Assembly (NCBI GenBank): GCA_008632985.1
Contig: QPGO01000113.1
Location: 2,947 to 66,946 of the forward strand
Length of the DNA: 64,000 nucleotides
Direction of reading: 5' to 3'
Source of the DNA: Psammoneis japonica
Taxonomy: Eukaryota
Position 1 is the first letter of the stretch. Each line of letters begins with the position of its first letter. Both the position numbers and the translations under genes were made by a program. The notes below the pieces were generated by a model, which was given only the letters and a program-made list of their open reading frames with translations, did no database searches and had not been told where the DNA came from. Below are positions 24,601 to 38,700 of the stretch, piece after piece.

Positions 24601-26323
24601 GTCACTGGACCATTGGAACTTCAGTTCTTGCACAGTGAAAAGTGGCCCAATCTTGCACTCAAATGTGTCAAGTGCACTGTGCCTCTGTGTTTGTTTGAAG
24701 GCAGGGTCATTGTTTGGCACTGTTTTTTTTTTTAAATGGCTCATGATTTTCCCATTTTCCAGCACTTTGCCTGTGTCATTTTGTGATGCCTCTGAGCACC
24801 CCAAAACACTTGCGAGCATTTCCAGCCCCCATCAGGGCTGGCAGACCTTTGTGTGAGCTGCACTCGTTGACCTTCAAATGCCAATTGTTGGTTTTGGTGC
24901 AGTTGTTGTGTTCAACAAACCACCATTTTTTGCCAAAGTTGGGCCACTTGTGGCAAACAAGCCACAGCTTTCCAGGAAATGCCAATGGCTTGCATTTGAT
25001 TTGCTGTGGACATGTCTGCAGTTGACAAGCCAAGCATCTCACAACAACTGTCACATGTGCATTCTGTGATGTCTTGTCAACAGACAAAGTTGGGCCTGTT
25101 GCTGAAATTTGTGTTTGCTGAATGTGCGCAATTGGCGCAAGGAGTCCAGGTTTTTGATGAAGCAAAAATGTGAGCTCTGCACAAAGTCGACAGCCAAACA
25201 ATGACCCATCCTTGATCTGAATTTTCTTGTGCAATGTGGCAGGAAAATTCAAGTCAAAACCAAGATTTGTTGAACAACATGCAGGAAAATTCAAATCAAA
25301 AGCAAGAAATGTGTGTTGGGCTCAAGTGACAAAAATTTCGTGCGAGCGCGCATGCACTCCCAGGTCATTGTGACACTGGGTGCAGCCCTCCCCATTGCTT
25401 GCTGAGAGCAGCTGTGTCATTGGCACTCCAGAGAGCAGCTCTGCACACCTGCCAGCAGGTGGGGCCATTGACTGTTTGCACCAAGCAGCCAACAACATCA
25501 AATGCCAGCCATGGAAATTCTCAAGGCGTGCAGCGGACGCTTCTTTCAATGCTCCAGACAGCTTGGCTCTCCTTGCCAAGGCTGGCTGGGCAACTTTCTG
25601 TTGTTGATGGCAGCTCCACCCATCCACCCAATGCTGCTCTTTTGTTCCTCTTTGTGCAACAGCCCCCCCCCCCTTCTTTCTCTGCCTGTGCGGCGCCATT
25701 TGCCGCTCTGCCAAACAAGCCACATGACTTGCTTGTGGCTCTTTAAAAAAAGGAGATCAAGAGGGTCAGGCCAAGCCAAGCTGTGGTGCTGCTGAGTCAA
25801 CCAAGACAGCACTGGGCAAGGTCTCTTCTTCGCCCTGTGCCCACAAGCCAAGATTCCTGGGCCAGCTGGCGCTGCTTGAGCTCATCCCCTCGCTCAATCC
25901 AGTGGGTTTTTTCCGTGTGTGAAGCTGCTGCCACATGGAGCTGTTGGTCATGCTGTTTGTGTGTGGGGAGAAAGAGCAACCATTGTTTTTGGATTCTGTT
26001 TTGTGCTGCTTCTGGAGGTTGATTGCGTTTGTTTGCATCCAACAGAAGCGCGTCACCTGCAGAGCTGACGCCCAACGCCAACGCCGGCGGCCGCCGCCAA
26101 CGCACAGCACACGCACTGCATGCACTTCGTACTTCTAGCAACAAGCCGAATCCGACCGACCATCACCCATCACCCATCACTCATGCAGCACAACGCACGC
26201 ACAACTCACGATCTCTCCCAAAGCAACAAACAACCACACGCAGTCGACTCGTTTCCCTTCATATGAACCTTTAACATCAATCAGATCAAACAGAGTGAGT
26301 CATTTAGCCAAACGTACAACAAC

Positions 26324-28091
26324 ATGTCCGGCACGTTGGAAGAACTTCAGCGACGAGCCCAAGCACAACGACAACAGGAATTGCAACAACGGCTTAATGA
26401 TCACATTGCCGAGTATAGCGTCAACCTTTCTTTTCCAGCAGAGGTGACATCGTCATCTACAAGAAAGGACCCCAGAACCAACAAAGATCTGATTCAGCAT
26501 CGACTGCTTGAGGCGGGTGTGCTATTGGATGATGTGCAAAAGTTGGGAGAAGTGACAGAGGCAATATCCAAGTTTGTAGCAAACCTTGATCAGTCGGGAT
26601 GCTTCAACGCCGTTCAAGTAAAGATAGGAACTGACACCACCGACTCAACAGAAAACTTATGTAATGAAACTAACGATGACAAGAGGGATGAAAATGCTCA
26701 AACGATTCATGTTGTTCTGAACGAAAAGCGATGGTACAGCGCTTACATTGGCGGAGGGCTGAAGCACGATTCTCTGTATTCGGGCGATAGTTCCTCGGCG
26801 ATTCCTAAGGTTCAGTTTGAAACGAGAGCAAAACTTTTGAATTTGACAGGTCACCTGGACACAACATCTATCAACTATGCGATTGATCAAACCTCTGTCA
26901 CAACAACATCTGTGGAACATGAACGACCCCTGTACACCATCTTGGATGAATACTCGGCAGCATACAACTACCTCTTGACTGCGGTGGAGAGGGGTAGTCA
27001 AGTCTCACTTTCGTGCCGCGCAGTTCTCGATACCAGTGATCATGAATGGACAAGAAGCTATAAGGAGCATCAACGATTAGTCGCGGTCAAGGTGGCGAAT
27101 GCAGGACACAAGAAAATTCCGGAAATGGTGCGTGTGCGTGTCTCATTGTTCTTCATCACACAATGTACATCCACTAATCATTCTGTATCAATACCTTCTT
27201 ATGCAGACACACTATGGATACAAAGGTTTAGAATGGTCTGTGTTGTTTCGTGATTTGCTGCCTCGACGACACGCGTCCTTGCCGTATGCACTTGATGCCA
27301 GTCCTGAGGTTTTGGCGCAGGCTGGACCCTCCATCAAACATAGTATCACTTATGAAAGTCGTTCGAACGACGATGTGTGGTTAGATGACAAATTCAATCC
27401 TACTGCGGGTATGTCTCATTTTGCAAAGATGGAGTTGGCCGGCCCCCCGGGGGATGTTGGCTTCTGGAAATTTCATGGCGGGTTGTCTTACCACGTGCCG
27501 TTTGCCAGCAATGCCTGGAGTTTACACGGAGCTGTGCAGACTGGCTTTTTGAAAAACATGTTGTATGGTGGTTTGTGTCCACGCAGTTCCATTGCCGATC
27601 GATTTTTTGTTGGAGGACCCATGGATCTACGGGGATTCCTCCCAGCCGGCATTGGACCTCGAGCTTCAACCGTACGCACTCGTGTGTCGCTGCTTATTCC
27701 CATGTGTTCATACCTCGACGGCCGCATTTCTCACCTTATCCTCGGTCGAATGTTGCAGGGCGGCGCGTCTACACCTGGTGGGGATTCAATAGGAGGGAAT
27801 GTGTTTTACACCGGGACTCTTGCAGCCTCCATGCCCTTCCCTGCTGTTCCTTTTTTGAGCCAGAACGGCGTGAGGCTATTCGGGTTTGCCAACTTTGGTA
27901 CCCTCGCAGGGCTAGACTCGTACAAAAGCATTTTGGCATTGGTCCGAAGTACGCGCGCTTGTATAGGTGGCGGAGTAAGTGCGGGGACGCCGTTTGGTCG
28001 TTTGGAGGCTACGTACACATACCCGCTTAGATACGGACCTCGTGATGCAAGAAAGTCGGTTCAAATTGGACTTGGTTTTCACTTTGCTTAG
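26324..28091 (+). CDS. SAM50: Mitochondrial outer-membrane Sam50/Omp85-family protein; introns 27128-27206 and 27672-27758
   Basis: Motifs DRFFVGGPMDLRGF, GIGPR, GGDSIGG, TPFGRLE; C-terminal beta-signal QIGLGFHFA; GT-AG introns join the frames. Confidence 0.9.
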
Positions 28092-28524
28092 TTTTGTGAA
28101 ATCGGCGGACGAGAAAAATATACGGCATCGAAAAGGCCTTTTGCGTGCAAGTTAAAAGCACAGGTTAGTTTGGAGATTATTCGGATGTACAATGGGTAGG
28201 CTACGCTAGAGAGATAACTTATCTTTCAGGATTGTCAATCGCTAGAGTCTACGTACTAGTGCTCGAGAGCTAAAGATAGAAAATGCGGATAAAATGCTAT
28301 GCAGACAGAAGTACGGTATGATGATGCCAATGCGAGCACAGTTTGGGGCTGGGCGAAGCGCGCGTCCCACAGGCGCACGTCAGCGCTTAGCGCGCGGAAT
28401 AAAGAAGATCTTCAGATCGAGTCGTCGTCCGTCCAGAGTGAGTGCTTCGTTTGGTGCGGCGCTCGTTGCATTATTTCAGTTCGACATCTCCCATCTCATT
28501 GCCGTTGTCAACCCGTTAAACAAT

Positions 28525-29547
28525 ATGGCAGAAGTAGCGGTGAGTTCTGTGTCGTTCGATGATTCGTTTTGATGAAGTTTCGATTGGTAATATTGTAGAA
28601 GAGTATCAGTGAACGAAAGCCGTCGCCGTATCGGATGTGTGGAGGTGAATGTTGTTTCGTACTCTGTCCTACGTGCGTTGTGCGTTCGGCGTATTTGAAC
28701 TCGTACCTGAACTTCGTTGCATTTGCTCAAATTTGCTGCTGTATTGTTGAACAAACTAGGGAACACCTCTTCAAACTGGCTACAGCTTCTGGTACATGCG
28801 GCGAGGCAAAGGAGGTTCGGCGAACAAGGAAGACACGGCGAACAAAGATGATTCTGCTGGAGCGACCACGACCCCGTACGAGAGCTCAATCAAAACTATC
28901 GCAAGCTGTAAGACGGTGGAGGGCTTCTGGGAAATCTACGATTTCCTTGTAAGGCCGAACGACTTACCAACGACGACGGACTATCACTTTTTCAGGACGG
29001 GCATTAAACCGACCTGGGAGGTAAGAAGTTGGAAGTACCGCCGTCGGCTGCAGAAATTGGCAAATTTCACAGCTCTCACATGTTGTGTTTCGTTTATTAG
29101 GACCCCGGCAACGCGCGTGGGGGGAAGTGGATCGTGCGTCTTCGGAAGGGGCTGGCAAGCCGCTACTGGGAGGAAATTATGTTGGCTTTGATTGGCGGAC
29201 AGTTCCTTGGTATCCAGGACGGTGAAATATGCGGTGCTGTGGTGTCGATACGTTTTTCGGAGGACATTCTGTCGATCTGGAATCGAACTGCCTCTGACCG
29301 GGAGGTCACCGAGAGACTTCGGGATGCCATCAAGAGAATGCTTCAGCTTCCTCCTCATGTTCATATGGAATATAAGGCGCACCAGGCATCGCTACAAGAC
29401 AGGTCGTCGTTTCGCAATACGCAGGTATGGAAACCCAAGTCTCTTGAGAGGGGTACTAGCGAGCCCCATCGCAGATCCTCATCTTGGGGAGAACGTGAAG
29501 AAAGAGGTAAAGGAAAGAGGGAGTCCGAGCGATCGTGGCGTTCCTAG
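28525..29547 (+). CDS. eIF4E family protein, class II (4EHP/nCBP-like); introns 28540-28759 and 29021-29100
   Basis: PLQTGYSFWY, TVEGFW, DYHFFRTGIKPTWE|DPGNARGGKW, ICGAVVSIR. Tyr at the W43/W56-equivalent positions marks class II. Confidence 0.9.
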
Positions 29548-29921
29548 GTTGCGCCTCCACATTTTGATTCCTCTGAGATAACGAAAGAAGTTGGCGTTGT
29601 TCAAACACGCATTGTTCAAAGTTGGAAGTCGAGATCATAATATGGACGAAGTTCTAAACTAGAAACATGGTCGGAGAAAAAAGAGAGCCATCATGATGTA
29701 TCTCCAAACACCATGTCGGCTGTGAATCAATACCTAGAGAAACCACCGTCAACGGCAACATATTTTCCCATTGCGTACGGGTATGAATCCGTACCTAAAG
29801 TAGCTACTGTAGAATAGAGAAACCTCACCATCGAAGGAAAGCTACACAGAGAACTATCTCCACTCCAGACTATCATGTGAATCCATACCTACCGGTAGAA
29901 CCCCCAGAGTCGAAGGAACAC

Positions 29922-32900
29922 CTACTGCCTCGAAACGTTGCCTGCGCTGTCACGCTTCCTCGATCCAACGCTACTGCTGCTGCTCCTCGCGCGTTTCTTT
30001 CCTCGCCCAGAGGAGACACTCTCGCGACCTTCAGCACCATCGTATTTGGTCAAGTCCAAGGTTAGCGTCCTACTTGAGTTCGTGCCAACATCACGACAAA
30101 TCCCCACTAGACTCTGGCTGTTTTCGTAAAACATGTCTTTCAGACTGATCACAATGCATTGAAAATCCGTTTCGCTCCGCTGACGAATGTAGTTGCAAAC
30201 TTTTCGAAGATTGACTACGCAGAGACAAATGCAGCTTAGAGAGAAAGAAAGGGATACATGACAAATAATATATTCACGGATACGATACGCTTACCGTTGT
30301 CCAATGCCGCGTCGACTTCATCCATGACGAAGAATGGAGCCGGTCGGTATGAATGAAGTGCAAAGAGTAAAGCGAGCGCCGCCACAGTCTTCTCGCCGCC
30401 ACTCAACTGCTCCATGTCACGGAAGCGTTTCATCGGAGGCATGGCGTTGAACTTCATTCCACCTCTGTAGGGTTCCTCGGAATCGTCCAACGAAAGGTAC
30501 GCATTTCCGCCCAACGGATGCTTGCTACTCTTGGTCATATCCGTGTAGATCGTCTTGAGGGCTTCATCGATATGCTGGAAAGCGTCATTGAACCGCTTAG
30601 CTCTCTGGCTCTTGATCTTTTGAAAGGCGACAACCGCCTTCCGGGCTTCAGACTTGGCCTTCTCGAAATCAGCGCCACTCTCCTTCAATCGTTCGGTGGC
30701 GCTTTCAAAGGCTTCGTTCGCCTTCATGTTTGGGGCCATGCCTTCAATATCAGCAACAAGACGAGAACGCTGATCCTCAAAATCCTTTCTCATCTTCTTC
30801 TCTTCCCTATCGCTGACGCGCTTTCGCAATTGAGGACGCAAGGATGAAAAGTCAATTTTGGATGATTCTTTGCGATCACGAACCACACGCGCATCGTCGG
30901 GTTGAGACAAATGCATCGACGCAGATGTTTCTTGAGTGATTGTCTCGGTAAACGGTTGGCTGAGAAGATGGCCCTCTTCTTCATCGTCCTCCTCTTCATC
31001 AAGTTCTTCCACCCCTTGTGACGTCCGCATCGTCCTCGTACTGCGCGTCCGGCCACTTTCTTCACCAGCTCGGAGAATGGGCAGGTCCACCTCCTCGACG
31101 CGAGCCTTCTGGAGGGTTTCGTGGAGCTTTCCTCGAAGCCGTTCAAGAGCCCCTTCCTCGGCATTGATCGCTTTGGTAGCCTTGAGACGTTCCTCCTGGG
31201 CTTCAGTAAACGTTTTTTGAGCTGTTCGTACAGCCTCGTCATGAGCTTTCTCGTTCGCAGACGCTTCTTTCAAGGTAGACTCGGAATCTGCAAGCTGAGC
31301 CTTTGCCTCGGCAATCTTCTCCATGAGACCCTTCTCCTTTTCTTTTGCCTCTTCAAGCTTTGCTTTACGGTCGTTGATACGTTTTTCGTGACGTTCTCGC
31401 GGCTTCACAAAGTCCCTACCTAGTTCGTAGTTCTTCTGCTGTTCGAGCTTTGCAATATGTTCCATAATGGAACGCTTCTTCTGATGGAAATCCTCGCGAC
31501 TCTTGCCAACGGCTTCCTCGTATGCCTGCAAGTCGCGCAAACCAGTAGCCTCGCGAAAATGACCAAGGTGCTCATCTTCAGCGGCCTTGACAGCCTCAAC
31601 GGCCTCCTTGACCGCGGCGCTGTTCTTCTCGACATCCTTTTCAGCCGCTGCAAGCTGTTTCTGAACCTTTGCGATTTGCTTCTCGGTCGAGGCAAGGAGA
31701 GTCTCTTTCTCCTTGAGCTGCTTCTGAGTGTACTCCAAATCACTCTTTGTGAATTGATCCCTATTTCGCAGCCCCCCCAGATGGTTGCGAAGCTCCTCAA
31801 TCTTGTTGGAGTGACTGAGCGATCCACCGCGCCTACGACCGCCACGACCCCCACTGCCGGCAACGTCCAAGTCCGCCCTTTCTGCTTCAATTTGCTCTTT
31901 CTTTTCTCGCAGCTTGTCAATTTCTCGTTCGTCCCAACGCCCCGCTCGCGAGTTGTCCTCCTTGGTGACTCCTCCCGTCATGGTACCAGCTTTGCTAATG
32001 ACAGCGCCACCCACAGTGACAGCCTTGATTCGAGCTTGCTCGCCATCACCACGACGGTTTCCCCGACCGCCAAAGCATAGCTCTCGTGCAGAATCCAAGT
32101 CATCGCACACAACGGAGTTGCCAACAGCGTACAAGACAGCCTTCTTGACACTTTCGTCACAGGCAATGACATCAGCAGCCAACCGGAAACGATCGTCTTG
32201 TTCGGTTTGTGCTCGAATGCGTTCCGCACTCTCGGGAGACGGCACTTGAAGACTATCCAAGGGCAAAAACGTCAAGGTACCAACGCGCTGCTCTCGGAGA
32301 TACTGAATACACTCAAAGCCGGTCTGCTTTGTATCGACAACGACGGCATCCATGTCCTTGCCTGCGGCAACCGTGACGGCTAGATTGAACCGCCGTTGAG
32401 TCGGACGGCACAAATCGACAAGACGTCCCTGAACGCCTTGAAAGTGTTGTTTGAGGGTGCCAATGGCCTGATTGAGCCGCTGTTCGTCCTTGCTCTTGCG
32501 GCGGTCGTTGGTGGCATCACGCAACGTGGCGTTGATTCTCTCCAGCTCCGTGTCGAGGGCTTCTCGGCGTGCCTGGGCGTCCTGAGCCGACTTTTGCACA
32601 GCTTGGAGCTCCTTTTCTGCTTCCTTGAGATCTGTACTGGTCTTTTTCAAACTCTGTGGTAAGAGACAAATAATGTAAAGAAATGTGAGCGAAGTGCGTG
32701 CAATACAACAGATGGTAAGTCAATACAGTAGTCAATGCTTACGCTGGAGAGCTTTTCGCGTCGCTCTGTAAATTCCTTTACATCCTTGGTTGCGTCGTTT
32801 CGTCGCTCCGTAACCTCTTTTAGTTCTTGACTGAGATTAGCAGCCTTGGATCGTGCCTTTTCCAGCTTTCGATTGAGGCTCGTCAATTTCCGGCGGGGCG

Positions 32901-34071
32901 CATCGCTTGCGGCCGCCGCAGCCTCTCGCACCTTGTCGTATTCCTCCTCCTGCTCTTGCGTAAGAGTCACCTGGTCCGGTCCCGTCGCACTGCGCTTGAC
33001 TTTTTCATACTCCTCTTCCAAATCATCTTGCGTTTTCTTGTACTCGTCGATTTCTTCTTCCAGCTTGGCAAGAGTCGCGTCATGCGAATCCGCTTCCTTT
33101 TGTGTCTTGCGTAGTTGCTTCTCATCGTTCTGAAGCTTCTTGGTAAGGTTCTTGATCTCTTCAGTCGTTTGAATAATGGAGGGTTCCAACTTGTCCACGG
33201 CCGCCGCAAGCTGTACACGCTTCTTATCGGCCTTGGCGGTTTCCCGGCGAGCGGCGCTTGCCAGTTTCTTGGCCTCCCGCAATTCAGACTGCCCCTGTTG
33301 CTCGACTTCTTGCGTTTCCTGTAATTCCTCCTTCAATTCCTTGACGGCGGCATCACGTTCCTTCATGGAGAAATCAATGTGAAACAGAAGCCACAAGTAC
33401 ATTTCAGTCTGTAGCTCTGCCTTTTTCTCTAACATGGTATGAAATCGTTCCGATTCTTCCTTTTGATCCTTCAAGAGTCGCCGTTCCGACTTGTATCCCT
33501 TTTGCTTGTTATAGCAAAATATGGTGGCAGCCTCGGCTTCTTCCTTGGCCTTGAGTGCTTCCTCGTATGCTTCTCGCAGTTCCGCCGACGTGGAAATCTG
33601 TTCCAGCATGTCCACCAATTCCTTGGGAGATTTGCGAGCAATGCTCTCCACGTCTCCCTGAAACACCAAAAAGTTTCGAGCCTTGAGCAACACTCCAATC
33701 TCTCCCAAGTGCTCTTCATACTCCTTGAACGTCACAGTCTTCCCGTCCACCTTGTATGTGGCTACGCCCTGAGGAGAGATGGTTCGCGCAAAGCGAGTCT
33801 CCTCTTGCGTGTCGGGGTCTTGATAAAGGAGAGCCGCACTCGCTCGGAGATTGGCGGGCCGCTTTCCCGGGGGCCGAAAAATCAAATCCTTGAGCTGAGA
33901 CGATCGAAGATCGCGGGACTGAACGCCCAGCACAAAGGATATAGCATCCATGAGGTTGCTCTTGCCGCTGCCATTGGGGCCAATGACGGAGGTAAAGTCG
34001 TGAAAGGGGCCAATGCGCTGCAAGCCCGAATAGGACTTGAAATTCTCAAGCTCGATAAACGTGACGGGCAT
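29922..34071 (-). CDS. SMC1: Cohesin subunit SMC1 (2 introns, ~32655-32742 and ~30215-30295)
   Basis: Walker [20 protein letters not shown], hinge domain, [18 protein letters not shown], Walker [12 protein letters not shown], final exon IVISLK. Confidence 0.97.
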
Positions 34072-34629
34072 TGTGCTGTAATATCAAATGTGGATTGATT
34101 CAATCAATCGATTCAACTGATACAATGAACTTATCGTCGTGAGAAGAAGAGGGTTGGGTGAGCACGGGAGCTAAGGAACTAGGGTAAGCGGAGGCAAGTT
34201 CTGATTTCTGGGTGATCATTGAGGACGCCGCAAAACAGCAGGTCGTGTGTTGTGCGAAAAAGCGGGTGCGCGGTGATGTGAAGCCGCGCCATCAGAAATG
34301 GGTGCGGGATGAGATTTTTGCGTAGAATCTAATACAATTTTTACATACTAAGCTTGTGGTATCTTTGTACACGATCTTTGTCGGAGGGAGGTCGAACCGA
34401 TTCGACTCAATCGACTGAACGTTGTCGGAGGGATGTGGAGCGACGTGCAGACATTCAACTGAATGACGATTTGCATTCCGTCCGTCCGTCCATCATTCCC
34501 GCATCATGCACCGCGAACCAAACCGAGGCCCGAGACCCGAGACGGCAGTCATCACTGCTCATCCACAACAAGAACAGCGAAACTGCCAAGACCACTCAAT
34601 CTCGACGAGCATCATACAAAAACAAAAAG

Positions 34630-34924
34630 ATGGCTGGAGAACTAGAACCCGAATCGGTTGTTGACTATGTCATTATTGCTGCAAAGGTGAGAGAACATGC
34701 TGCCGCTTTGAGGCGTCTTTTTGGACGACTACTCGTGTTTTCATCATGTTGTACGCTCACGTTTGAGCTTCACTACTTGTTGTTGCTCCCTACAGTTGGT
34801 TTTTGCCATATCACCATTGTTGGCATTAGGATACATTCTATTCCAAGCGTTTGAATCGGAAGAATCTGAGAATTTGAAACGAAAAAAGAAGACCGACTTT
34901 CAATTGGAAGGACACGCCGAGTAA
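34630..34924 (+). CDS. Small (61 aa) single-pass membrane protein of unknown function; intron 34687-34795
   Basis: MAGELEPESVVDYVIIAAK|LVFAISPLLALGYILFQAFESEES...; canonical GTGAGA...TACAG intron joins the exons in frame. Confidence 0.6.
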
Positions 34925-35734
34925 AACTGCACGGGAAACGTCGGGATGCAAACATGTTTTTGAGTTTTCGGGCTTTTGTTGCGTGGTGTTGGACAGTTTC
35001 TTTTACTCTTGAACTATTATGTGTGTGCTTGCAAAGATTAACGTCAGTTTCGAACGACAGGATTGTTTGGATAACTAGATAATAGTACGAATGTGAAATG
35101 TTGAATGCGTGTGTGAGACCCGCGAGCATAATATCAGGAGTCTACCAGTGAATCGATGCTTGCGTGTTTCTCCTCAACTCAATATCACGTGTCCTTGATT
35201 CCTTGGGTTGGTTTGTGCGTTTGTTTCCTGTGAAAAGTATGCTCTCCGATGTACTTTTTTGTTTCGCCAGACTGTTGTGACCCTCTCCCTCTCGTTCAAA
35301 GGTTTGGCAAGTTCCACCGGTATTGAGTGGGGCAAGATGCCAAAGCTTAAACAATCCATACCCTAGATGGCTTTCCTTTGCGCTGTCAAAAAGTGAAATT
35401 CAAAATCGAGGAGTGTTCCTCTGCTCTTCTGCTCTTCTCCTCACGCTTTGACGAACGTTATACGAGCGTTATGCAACCGAACCATCTACATAAATGACCC
35501 GTACGTAGAATCAATACCACATGACACGTACTGCAATCATTTTGGGCGTGCCCCGCCCAACGCAACACAGCAAAAATTCTGACAAAGTGCATTGCATTGG
35601 TTGCATCGCATGTGTTGCATGTTTGCGGTGTTTGTTGGCGTATCAGGCACTATTGCTACCTTAAACAGCATTGTAAAGGCTAATTCTTATCTATAAGTTG
35701 TAAAAAACGGATAAGCGTTGAAACAGAGAGCAGC

Positions 35735-38700
35735 ATGATTGGCATACGCCGCGGCAGCACAAGCGGGTCTCAGAATGCCGTCCGAGCGGCTCGACACATT
35801 TGCCAAGAAGCTCGTGTTGTGCTTACATCCCTAAGAGGCGGACCTCCCGCGGTTTCCAGAGGAGAGCTTGCGCAAGACTTGATGGAGCTACGACTGTTGG
35901 CAAAGGCCCACCTTGACGCCCCGACGGACGGGCCACCGCCCATTGCAATCAAGCAAACTGCTTCGCCTCCACCAAAAGAAGCCGAGAGTAGTCAATCCAA
36001 TGATGTTACTTCTTCTCCTGTACAACAGCCACAACAACATCCCGAAGAAGATGATGGATTAGAGGGTGCTGTCTTGGTTCAACGCGGCGACGCACAAGCA
36101 GCATTTGCACCACCCGAATCGCCCATTCCCACCTCCAAGGTGTGCAACATTTCAGTTTCCGGAGCTTCTGCCAGGATCAAACAAGTCCATCCCGACGGAC
36201 AAACTGGACTGAATCTTAGTCCTGAGAATGTGGGTCCCTTTGTGCATCCCTTTCTGGCGGTTGTCATGGATCCACGAGCGGCGGGACCGCACACTCTTGT
36301 GGCACTCCGCGCGCTCTTTCGATTGCTGGAAATGGGCTCGCTTGTTCAGCCATCCGAAAACAGCCATGGTTTTCATGTTGCCTTTGAACCGTTAATGAGA
36401 GGCGTATTGGCGTGTAAATTCGAGCAGACGGATGCGGGTGCTGACGAGGCTGTGGAAATGGCTATCGCCGATCTCGTGGCTCTTCTTGTGAATCTGGATC
36501 ATTGCTCGATTCCTCCAGAGACTCTTATGGACGCCTTTAATACAGTCTTTGTGACGAGAAATACCTTTGTTCATAGCCCTGCGCTATGTTATCATTTTGA
36601 AGATGTCTTGTCGTCCATTGTGGTTGCGATATTTCAGGATTTGAACAACAGTGCTGCAGAGCCACCCAGACTGATTCTTGAGTTTCTCGTGAACCAGTTG
36701 CTTCACACTCCGCTCGTTGGAGGAGACGTTGTCGACGCATCTGCTCTTGAGGCACAGATTGCGCATGATGCGACTCGCGTCTTGTGCCTTCATCTTGTGC
36801 AGTGCTGTCTCCGAACAGGATGGGGCGATACCTCTGCTTCGATGGACGTACCAGCCTTGCCGCTCGCTCCTGTGCAAGAATCGGATGATACCCAAGACGA
36901 TGATACTGACAAGGGTCATCATTGGGAAGAACGAAGTCTGCTGCGTATCATTCAAGATGATTTGTGTCTGTCGCTCTTAATGACGGGACAAGCCATTTGG
37001 GCTTATCACGACGCACAGAGTAACATTTCACCAGGTGTAATCTCTCTCGAAGTGTTGTCAGAGATTTGTGCTACATTATCGACCTTGTGGAACACCATGA
37101 CGTTACGGAAACATCTCGTGTCTCAGTTTGAAACCATGTTTACGGGCTTTTATCAACGAGCACTTGTTTTGTTGAGGAGACGACGCAATCCGGCAGACTC
37201 GGATTCATTCAACGCTAACCTTGTGTTTGATGCCGAAGTCGAGATCATTTTAGAGTCGCTTGTTGATTTATTGTGCCTTCGCAACAACAGCGATGTGGAT
37301 GATGAGCATGGCGCATTGGAGATTTTGTTTTCCTTGTACGATTGTCACATGAATCGATCGGATGTCGCGGTTGGTCTCGTGCTGGAACTCTGTCGATGCT
37401 GCGGTGGAAGTGTCGACGAAGAAGGTGAATTGTTGATTGATACAGCCAGCTCGCATTCTGCAAGTGTACCAGGCACGGGCACGAATACACCCATTTCAGA
37501 AGGTTCTACTGCTCCAATGCCGTCTTTGGCGTGGCGGCCCGTTCCGGCGCATTTAAAGGAACTGTGTGTTGAGGCTTTGTTGGGGGCGATGAAATGCGTG
37601 TATCGAGATTCAAAGCCACAAATGACAGCCTTGGCGAGGCGGCTTCAGGCGTCATCTACGAACAAAGAGGCGGATCTCGAGGACGGTTTGAACGGAATGA
37701 GTTCTGACACGGGCGCTAGTCGTGAGGGTACTTCTCTTCGTACTGAAAAGTCAAAGAAGCGTCTCATGCGTAAGGCGGCCGAATTGTTTAACAAGAAATC
37801 CACGGACGGTATTCAGTTTCTCGTTTCATCTGGCCTGGTACCCGATCCGGTGACACCTGTCAGTGTTGCGTCCTTTCTACGGAACGCACTTGTGGTTGGC
37901 CTTGACAAGAGGGCTGTCGGTGCGTATTTAGGAGAGATTGGCAAGTCGCCAGTGGCGGGCAAGTCACCTCCAAGTTGGGAGCGTGATTGGTTTCACAAGG
38001 ACGTATTGCACGAGTACTGTTCTCTGTTTCGGTTTGAACGTCAGTCTCTGCTGGAAGGGCTTCGCATGTTTCTAGCGTCGTTCCGTCTTCCAGGTGAGGC
38101 CCAGCAGATTGACCGTATCCTGCAAGCCTTTGCGGATAGCTGTGGACGGACATGTGACGAATCGTCGCAGGGGCGGCTGAAGCTGTTTTCGCCCGACCCA
38201 AAGAAAGCCAGCGATGCCGCCTATCTGTTGTCTTTCAGTATCATTATGCTCAACACGGATCAGCACAATGACAACATTCGAGAAGACCGAAAGATGAAAA
38301 TGGAGGATTTCGTAAAGAACAATACTGACTATGGTAAGGATATTACTGATCCCGGCCACGAACTTCCTCGAGAATTCTTGGAAGGCATCTACGAAAGTAT
38401 TCGCGAGGAAGAAATCCGAACGGAAGGCGAGGGAGCAGACGGTCACATGACAGTTGAGAGATGGAAAGACGTCTTGCGTGGTCCTGTTTGCGAGTCAGAC
38501 GAGAGCAAGGAAGAAGAGGGATTGATTTCTGCCTTAGCTACTAATTCGGAGGATGTGAAGGAGCTTCTGATTGAAAATATTTGGATGCCTACTCTATCCA
38601 CCATTGGAGCCCTTTGGGGGATCACACAAATCGAGGATCTAGGTGTGGAAGGTGACCACAACCAGCGCGGTACCGAGGGCAGTCACAGTGGAATGCTCGG

